Shown here piece after piece: positions 1 to 4,889 of a stretch of 13,055 nucleotides of DNA. The notes below the pieces were generated by a model that was not told the DNA's origin, ran no database searches, and saw only the letters and a program-made list of their open reading frames with translations. This stretch comes from Pedosphaera sp. (GTDB lineage: Bacteria; Verrucomicrobiota; Verrucomicrobiia; Limisphaerales; SIBH01). The number at the start of each line of letters is the position of its first letter. Within the stretch, counting starts at the first letter, position 1. The translations under genes and the position numbers were made by a program. The stretch is from positions 1-13,055 of the forward strand of contig JANOQV010000244.1 of the NCBI GenBank assembly GCA_031414955.1, in the 5' to 3' direction.

Positions 1-21
1 TTTTCTACCGTGACCAATGCG

Positions 22-170
22 GGTGGGGTTAGACTCCGTCTACCCCTAACTGCCGCCGCTGGGGGCGCGCGCGCCGCGACCATCTCCGGTGAAACGCGCG
101 GCAGGAGGGGATGCTCGCTCTGCTCGCCTCGCTGCGCTCGAAATGGGGTTCGACGGAGTCTCACCCCACC
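22..170. repeat. REP-like inverted repeat doublet (REPIN-like), GGTGGGG-headed
   Basis: Arm 22-46 ggtggggttagactccgtctacccc matches the reverse complement of arm 145-170 (ggtggggtgagactccgtcgaacccc). Intergenic, about 100 bp spacer. Confidence 0.8.
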
Positions 171-201
171 GTCCACACGGCTGCAACCGTGATTGGCCGC
201 T

Positions 202-393
202 TCAACCCGCCGCGCCCAGTTCGCGCTCCAGCATCACCTCGAAGACCTGCCGCCAGCGTTCTTTCTGGCGCGCGACGGATTGATCCGGTTCGAGGCGCTT
301 CTCCAGACACAGGCCCGAGGCCGGCTCTTGCAGGCGCAGGATGCGCCCGCCATCGGCGAGTTTCAGCAGGAGCAGTTCGATGCTGCGTTTCAT
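202..393 (-). CDS. Small hypothetical protein (63 aa)
   Basis: ATG lies 3 nt after the VapC stop on the same strand. Protein-like composition (MKRSIELLLLKLADGGRILRLQEPASGLCLEKRL...). Confidence 0.65.
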   Translation of the reverse strand: MKRSIELLLLKLADGGRILRLQEPASGLCLEKRLEPDQSVARQKERWRQVFEVMLERELGAAG

Positions 394-396
394 GGT

Positions 397-768
397 TCAG
401 GCGAGCGTCAATCCGTGGCTTTGCATCGGGGCAAAATCCGCCGTGTTCCCGGTGGCGAGACTGACACCGCACCGCACCGCCACGGCAGCAATCTGGCAGT
501 CGGCCATGCTGCGCGAGCGGCGACCAGTGAGGTTGAACAAGTCGGCGGCCTTGCGGGCGTCGATGGCAAGGAAAGGTTCAGGCGCGGACAAAAGCAATTG
601 GGCCAGCAGCTCATCCTGCGGAGTCAACGGTCCCGAAAGAAATTCGCTCCACGCAATCGTGCAGACCGCGAAATCTTCTCCCGCCGTCAACCAGGCCAGC
701 AGTTTTCCTTCGGCGGCGGAACCGGCGACCAGGGCTTGTATGAGAAAGTTCGTGTCGAGATGAATCAT
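397..768 (-). CDS. vapC: PIN-domain ribonuclease toxin (VapC family), 123 aa
   Basis: N-terminal IHLDTNFLI, central WSEFLSG and C-terminal ADCQIAAVA...LATGNTADF give the acidic PIN catalytic pattern. Downstream of a small antitoxin-like gene. Confidence 0.9.
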   Translation of the reverse strand: MIHLDTNFLIQALVAGSAAEGKLLAWLTAGEDFAVCTIAWSEFLSGPLTPQDELLAQLLLSAPEPFLAIDARKAADLFNLTGRRSRSMADCQIAAVAVRCGVSLATGNTADFAPMQSHGLTLA

Positions 769-778
769 CGCTCGCCGA

Positions 779-1027
779 TCAACGCCGCCCCTCGCGCACG
801 GACGACTGCCAGGCCGCCGCTTTTTCCGGCGTGAGTTGCAAACGGCTCTGCAACTGTTTGAACGCCTGCAAACGATCCGGGTTCTGCGCGGCGACCGGGA
901 CGGACTCCGCCTGGGTCACAGCGCGCCGCACCGCTTCCTCTTTGGACACGCCCCACGCGCGCGCCAGTTGCTCCACCACGGCCAGCGTGGAAGGGTCGAG
1001 CGAAACGCTGCTGCCATTGCCATTCAT
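779..1027 (-). CDS. Putative antitoxin, ribbon-helix-helix/CopG-like (82 aa)
   Basis: SVSLDPSTLAVVEQLARAWGVSKEEAVRRAV fits the RHH pattern. Stop is 10 nt upstream of the PIN gene start. Confidence 0.8.
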   Translation of the reverse strand: MNGNGSSVSLDPSTLAVVEQLARAWGVSKEEAVRRAVTQAESVPVAAQNPDRLQAFKQLQSRLQLTPEKAAAWQSSVREGRR

Positions 1028-1033
1028 GCCGGA

Positions 1034-1063
1034 ACCGTATCACCGCCGCCCGCTGACGGGCAA
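1034..1063 (-). promoter_or_regulatory. Putative sigma70 promoter for antitoxin-vapC (leaderless spacing)
   Basis: Minus strand TTGCCC-N18-TACGGT with an extended -10 TG, then 6 nt, then ATG at 1027. Confidence 0.6.
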
Positions 1064-1107
1064 CCGCGACTTCGCGACCATATGTATCAGTTTGGAGCGC
1101 AATTTTC

Positions 1108-2106
1108 TTAATCTCCGGTATCGACCCGCTTTGGTTTCAATTTTCCAATTCGCCCTTCCGACAGAATCGTGTCGTAGCGTTGGATAAACTCCAATTGTTT
1201 GGAGAGGTCTCCAGAGTAAGATTTCGTCCACTTGTCAACAGCCTCGATGATGGCCTCGTAAAGCGCCTCGAAAGAGAACATCTTCGTGCCGCTGTCTTGG
1301 TCGATGCGAACACTCTTGGCGGTCGGATCGATGAAGAAATGGAGAGGAAGCAACTTGCCAGACAGCACACTCCGAGAGAGCGAATTGGTCATGTGCAGAA
1401 TGGCATTCCTGAATGCCCACAATTCAGATGGCGTGACGCCGACCGGGGTAAGCACAGCATGTTTGGAGAGCCACGTCTCATAATTGCCTGCGACATCTCC
1501 AAGGTCCAGATACGCTACGGTGTCAACAAAGGATACGATGAGCTTCATTGCCGATACGTAGTGTTTGTGCGCGTAAAGGAGTTTGATGGCCTCGGTAAAG
1601 TCATCCCCGAGTAGATCATGCACATTCAAGCCTGAAGGCGTGACGTACGCAGCCAGCCAATCGGTCCGCTTCACGATCCCGTCGAATTCCTCTGAGAGCG
1701 TGGCTGGGCAGGTCGTAGGATCTACATGACTGAGGAGATCGATTCGTGGTTTTCCGTCCACAATCGGCGTGATGCAGACGAGCGGCCTCGCAGGTGCCTT
1801 GAGATCCTGAAGCGGGACTTCAAAAAGCCAGATAGCCTTTCCAGTTCTCGCAAGATACGAGAACTCTTCAAGCGACAACCCTTGCTCGGCATCAATTCCG
1901 AGCCATGACTTGATGCTCGCGACAGGGAGCGGATAGCGAACCGATCGGCCAGCATCGGCACCCGCTCGACTCTGGAGGAATGCCGCGATCTCATGTTCAT
2001 CGCCGCCACGATCATACGCGACAGCACCGAGGCTCTTGATGACGTCGCTTTCCACATAGAGAAAAAGGTTTGCGACCGTTTCTGTGGAGAGCGCTTGTTT
2101 AGGCAT
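1108..2106 (-). CDS. Hypothetical protein (about 332 aa) with C-terminal HEPN-like domain
   Basis: Long ORF, visibly more AT-rich than the flanks. The ATG at 2106 overlaps the Mrr stop (ATGCCTAA); alternative ATG at 2115. Helical C-half has SAMKLIVSFVDTVAYL...YETWL...ELWAFRNAILH (R-x4-H encoded at 1393-1410). Confidence 0.75.
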   Translation of the reverse strand: MPKQALSTETVANLFLYVESDVIKSLGAVAYDRGGDEHEIAAFLQSRAGADAGRSVRYPLPVASIKSWLGIDAEQGLSLEEFSYLARTGKAIWLFEVPLQDLKAPARPLVCITPIVDGKPRIDLLSHVDPTTCPATLSEEFDGIVKRTDWLAAYVTPSGLNVHDLLGDDFTEAIKLLYAHKHYVSAMKLIVSFVDTVAYLDLGDVAGNYETWLSKHAVLTPVGVTPSELWAFRNAILHMTNSLSRSVLSGKLLPLHFFIDPTAKSVRIDQDSGTKMFSFEALYEAIIEAVDKWTKSYSGDLSKQLEFIQRYDTILSEGRIGKLKPKRVDTGD

Positions 2107-2875
2107 CTGATTCATTGTCGAAGAGCTCGAATTTGCTGATGCCGTGCTGTGATGCAAGACGCGTTACCTCGTCTCGGCCCTCGATCACAATAACGCGCGC
2201 CTCTTGTGCTTCTCGACGTTGCTCGCCGGTAAGTTTGCCAGTTGTGACGAAAACAGCCGCGTCGAGCCGCCGTGAGAAGCAGCCGGCAAGGAACTTCAGC
2301 CATTCGCGTTCTGTGGGCGCGTTGTTCGGGCTGTGGAACTTTACTTGAACACCGATGCTGCTCGGCTCCCCACGGGCGTCGCCAAGCCGGTTCCCTACGA
2401 AGTCCACGCCGCGCTCACGTCGCTTGTCGCGGCCTTGGTGGTACCAAGCGTAGTTGGGATACGCCGCTCTCAAGACACGGATGAAATACTGCTCGAATGC
2501 ATCGCCGCGTGCCGTCTCCGACGGCACGCTTTGCTCGTTTCCAGTGTCAACGTTGATGGTGGTTTCGGCGGGGTCTGTGCTGGCGGCAAGGAACTCCCGT
2601 CCCTGCGATGTGAGTCGCCATCCTGGCGACTCCTTATCGTATGGATGGAGATAGCCTGCCTCAACTGCAACCTTGTTGACAAAGAATCGAAGGCTCGCTC
2701 TTCCCGGCTCAGAGAGAGTGAATCCCTTTAGTTTGAGAACTGCATCCACTGCGTTGTAGATGTCGCTCATTTGGGCGACACCACCTCGCTCCGCAATCGC
2801 GCCGAGCGCGATGCGAACTTGATCGTCGCCGGATAGTCCGGCGTCGGTGCCTTTGACTGGCTGGAGGGTGGCCAT
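2099..2875 (-). CDS. mrr: Mrr-family (type IV-like) restriction endonuclease, winged-helix N-terminus + Mrr_cat domain (258 aa)
   Basis: The N-domain ends in WRLTSQGREFL (Mrr_N-like). The C-domain has FEQYF...GVDFVG...VQVK...AVFVTTGKLT...A..EA...IEG, the D-(Q)xK Mrr catalytic pattern. Start placed at ATG 2875 from the upstream promoter. Confidence 0.85.
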   Translation of the reverse strand: MATLQPVKGTDAGLSGDDQVRIALGAIAERGGVAQMSDIYNAVDAVLKLKGFTLSEPGRASLRFFVNKVAVEAGYLHPYDKESPGWRLTSQGREFLAASTDPAETTINVDTGNEQSVPSETARGDAFEQYFIRVLRAAYPNYAWYHQGRDKRRERGVDFVGNRLGDARGEPSSIGVQVKFHSPNNAPTEREWLKFLAGCFSRRLDAAVFVTTGKLTGEQRREAQEARVIVIEGRDEVTRLASQHGISKFELFDNESDA

Positions 2876-2882
2876 TTGCGGG

Positions 2883-2910
2883 ATTGTAAACAGGGAACAC
2901 GGACTGTCGA
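2883..2910 (-). promoter_or_regulatory. Putative sigma70 promoter for mrr (leaderless spacing)
   Basis: Minus strand TCGACA-N16-TACAAT, then 7 nt, then ATG at 2875. Confidence 0.6.
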
Positions 2911-2936
2911 GCAAGCCTTGCTAACAGGTCGCGTAG

Positions 2937-3052
2937 TTCACGCCGAATAATCCAGATAGACCGTCTTGATGCGCGTGTAGAAATCAATCGCGCCTGCGCC
3001 TTGTTCCTTGAAGGAGTCGGTGCTGCTTTTCTTCACGCCGCCGAACGGGGCC
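2937..3052 (-). repeat. Direct repeat copy 1: orphan duplicate of the ALDH 3' end (116 bp)
   Basis: Matches 4774-4889 with 4 mismatches (2947, 2962, 2974, 2995). Encodes the identical peptide APFGGVKKSSTDSFKEQGAGAIDFYTRIKTVYLDYSA*. Confidence 0.97.
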
Positions 3053-3075
3053 GTTTCGAGTGTCGCGGGTTTCAT
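2938..3075 (-). pseudogene. Chimeric 45-codon ORF: MKPATLET fused in frame to the ALDH C-terminal 37 aa
   Basis: ATG at 3075 lies 2 nt after the HNH stop and is in frame with the duplicated ALDH tail. Confidence 0.65.
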
Positions 3076-3077
3076 CG

Positions 3078-3479
3078 TCAGTCCCATTCGCCCAACTCGA
3101 TCAAGATGGCACGCAACTCCACACGGTCGTCGGCATTCATTTGCAATACCCAGGCGGTGGTGCGGCCCACGTCCGTCAGCCCGACGATGCGGCTGCGGTC
3201 GGGTTTGAAGTGTTCGCGCCATCGGTCGTGGCGCGGGTCAAAGAGCCGGACGATTTTGTTCGTGTCGGGATCGCGTCCGGTCAGGTTTGCGCCCTTGTGC
3301 AGATTGCACTGGTGACAGGCGAGGGCCAGATTTTCGAGCGCGTCCGCACCGCCATGTTTGCGCGGGTTGATGTGCTCGACGTGGAAAGGATGTGAGTCGT
3401 CGTGTTCCTGCCGGAGCCGGCAATACTCACAACGATTCCCGGCGCGCTGCCGCACTTGCTTGCGGAGAGCCGGGCGCAT
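3078..3479 (-). CDS. HNH endonuclease (133 aa)
   Basis: CEYC...HVEHINPRKHGG...ENLALACHQCNLHKG: zinc-binding CxxC pairs plus the HNH motif. Confidence 0.93.
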   Translation of the reverse strand: MRPALRKQVRQRAGNRCEYCRLRQEHDDSHPFHVEHINPRKHGGADALENLALACHQCNLHKGANLTGRDPDTNKIVRLFDPRHDRWREHFKPDRSRIVGLTDVGRTTAWVLQMNADDRVELRAILIELGEWD

Positions 3480-3748
3480 CAGGGAGCGGCGTGTTGCCTG
3501 AGATACAAACGGGCTTTGGCCTTGAGGATGGCGACGAATTTTGAGACGCGGACACAGGTTTCGTACTCACGTTGTTCCGCTGCGGTCAGCGCGCCTTCGT
3601 TGCATTTGTCAGCCAGCACCGACACGCGTTTCGCCGCGACTGGATCAGGCTTCATGGCAACAAGGGCCTTGGCACTGGCTGGGTTGAGCGAACGGCTGAC
3701 CGGCTCCAGCAATCGCCCCAAGATGTTCACGGACGGCTCGCGTTTCAT
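3479..3748 (-). CDS. Small helical protein (89 aa), putative antitoxin/partner of the HNH nuclease
   Basis: TGATG 1-nt overlap with the HNH start. ATG at 3748 follows a promoter. Amphipathic helical sequence (LADKCNEGALTAAEQREYE...ILKAKAR). Confidence 0.8.
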   Translation of the reverse strand: MKREPSVNILGRLLEPVSRSLNPASAKALVAMKPDPVAAKRVSVLADKCNEGALTAAEQREYETCVRVSKFVAILKAKARLYLRQHAAP

Positions 3749-3754
3749 GGCGAA

Positions 3755-3783
3755 AGCGTAGCCGGGCACCTGTCGCCGCGCAA
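3755..3783 (-). promoter_or_regulatory. Putative sigma70 promoter for the partner-HNH operon (leaderless spacing)
   Basis: Minus strand TTGCGC-N17-TACGCT, then 6 nt, then ATG at 3748. Confidence 0.65.
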
Positions 3784-3800
3784 CGCCCGTTCATGTGAAA

Positions 3801-3940
3801 GGTGGGGCGCGTCGCTCCGCGCGCGCCGCCGCCGCGAGAAGGTCGTGCGGAAATCCAGCAACACGGTCGGGGCGAGACGTGAACACCCTCGCGTCCCATC
3901 TCGCCGTACCCCGGCGCGCGCGGAGCGCCGACGCCCTACC
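3801..3940. repeat. REP-like inverted repeat doublet with a nested inner palindrome
   Basis: 3801-3828 ggtggggcgcgtcgctccgcgcgcgccg versus the reverse complement of 3912-3940, ggtagggcgtcggcgctccgcgcgcgccg. Inner pair ggcgaga (3871-3877) / tctcgcc (3899-3905). Confidence 0.8.
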
Positions 3941-3988
3941 AGCAACGGTGGAATAGAGCATGGCCTTCTGGAGACCGCGCCCCATTGC

Positions 3989-4016
3989 TTGCCATCGAAC
4001 ATCTGGCGGATAGCAT
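3989..4016 (+). promoter_or_regulatory. Putative sigma70 promoter for the PIN toxin-antitoxin pair (leaderless spacing)
   Basis: TTGCCA-N16-TAGCAT, then 6 nt, then GTG at 4023. Confidence 0.65.
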
Positions 4017-4022
4017 CGCGGC

Positions 4023-4439
4023 GTGCGGGTGGTCATCGACACGAACGTGCTTTTGTCCGCGCTCCGTTCCCAGCGCGGTGCGGCTTTTCGTCTGGTGGAG
4101 AAGCTGGGTTCGCCGCAATTCCAGCCCGTCGTTTCAACGCCGCTTTGCCTGGAGTACGAGGACGTGTTGCGCCGTCCCGGCCTGCTGCCCAGGCTCTCGG
4201 CCCAGGACATCGACGACTTTCTGGATTACTTCCTCTCCGTAAGCGTGGAATGCCCAATTTATTTTCTGTGGCGTCCGCAACTGCCCGACGCGAAGGATGA
4301 CCTGTTGCTGGAACTGGCCCTGGCGGGCGACGCGGCCTTCATCATCACTTTCAACGGGCGGGATTTTCGCGGCGTGGACAAGTTCGGAATTCGAGCGGTG
4401 ACACCGGCTGAATTCCTGCGTATCTTGGCGGCGTCATGA
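4023..4439 (+). CDS. PIN-family putative toxin (PIN_3-like), 138 aa
   Basis: MRVVIDTNVLLSAL...EYEDVL...PDAKDDLLLELALAGDAAFIITFNGRDF...TPAEFL: typical PIN acidic residues. Confidence 0.92.
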   Translation: MRVVIDTNVLLSALRSQRGAAFRLVEKLGSPQFQPVVSTPLCLEYEDVLRRPGLLPRLSAQDIDDFLDYFLSVSVECPIYFLWRPQLPDAKDDLLLELALAGDAAFIITFNGRDFRGVDKFGIRAVTPAEFLRILAAS

Positions 4440-4675
4440 GCACGTTGAACGTCACGATTCCAGAATCGCTCCGCCGCCGCGCGCAAACGCTGGCGCAGGA
4501 CGACGGTGTTTCCATCGACCAGTTCATCGCCACGGCCCTGGCGGAAAAAGTCGCGGTGCTGGACGCAGACAGCTACATCCGCCAGCGCGCCGCGCGCGGG
4601 AGCCGCGAAAAATTCGAGCGCGTCCTGGCGAAAGTCCCCGACGTGGAGCCGGAGCCGCACGACCGGCTGCCTTGA
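4436..4675 (+). CDS. Antitoxin, RHH/HicB-C-like (79 aa)
   Basis: MSTLNVTIPESLRRRAQTLAQDDGVSIDQFIATALAEK fits the RHH pattern. ATGA overlap with the toxin stop. Confidence 0.88.
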   Translation: MSTLNVTIPESLRRRAQTLAQDDGVSIDQFIATALAEKVAVLDADSYIRQRAARGSREKFERVLAKVPDVEPEPHDRLP

Positions 4676-4704
4676 CCACGAAGTCGGACGCGTTGGTCTT
4701 CTAC

Positions 4705-4771
4705 GGAGCGCCGAGCATGGCTCGGCTCGAACACAAACATTCAGCCCAAGCCGAGCGATGCTCGGCGCTCC
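4705..4771. repeat. REP-like inverted doublet (GGAG-headed) between convergent genes; possible bidirectional terminator/stabiliser
   Basis: 4705-4727 ggagcgccgagcatggctcggct versus the reverse complement of 4749-4771, ggagcgccgagcatcgctcggct (22/23). Each arm is itself palindromic (gccgagc-N3-gctcggc). Confidence 0.85.
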
Positions 4772-4773
4772 TC

Positions 4774-4889
4774 TTCACGCCGAGTAATCCAGATAGACGG
4801 TCTTGATGCGGGTGTAGAAATCAATCGCGCCCGCGCCTTGTTCCTTGAAGGAGTCGGTGCTGCTTTTCTTCACGCCGCCGAACGGGGCC
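4774..4889 (-). repeat. Direct repeat copy 2: 3' end of the intact ALDH gene
   Basis: 112/116 identical to 2937-3052. Confidence 0.97.

Larger units (their letters stand above)
1069..2937. repeat. 11-bp imperfect inverted repeats (1069-1079 and 2927-2937) bracketing the Mrr + HEPN-like module
   Basis: acttcgcgacc (1069-1079) versus the reverse complement of ggtcgcgtagt (2927-2937), actacgcgacc: 10/11 match. Confidence 0.45.

Noticed and set aside
193..834. 213-aa plus-strand ORF (and similar shadows such as 3572-4300, 7301-8068, 8746-9576)
   Set aside because: They overlap clearly identifiable genes in other frames or strands and have no family signatures.
183..1069. Short direct repeat gcaaccgtga (183-192) / gcaaccgcga (1060-1069) around the VapBC-like module as a target-site duplication
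   Set aside because: Only 9/10, GC-rich and overlapping a -35 box. Too weak without an empty-site comparison.
1402..1417. Palindrome ggcattc-ct-gaatgcc overlapping the RxxxxH codons
   Set aside because: A 7-bp stem inside a coding region is expected by chance and has no other copies in the window.
2919..2926. Integron attC/attI core (GTTAGCA on the minus strand upstream of mrr)
   Set aside because: No matching RYYYAAC inverse core or attC-like stem after the module stops, no integrase, and modules are in mixed orientation.
2937..4889. Diversity-generating retroelement TR/VR pair (near-identical repeat at a gene 3' end)
   Set aside because: Mismatches are not adenine-specific on either strand, all are synonymous, and no reverse transcriptase is in the window.
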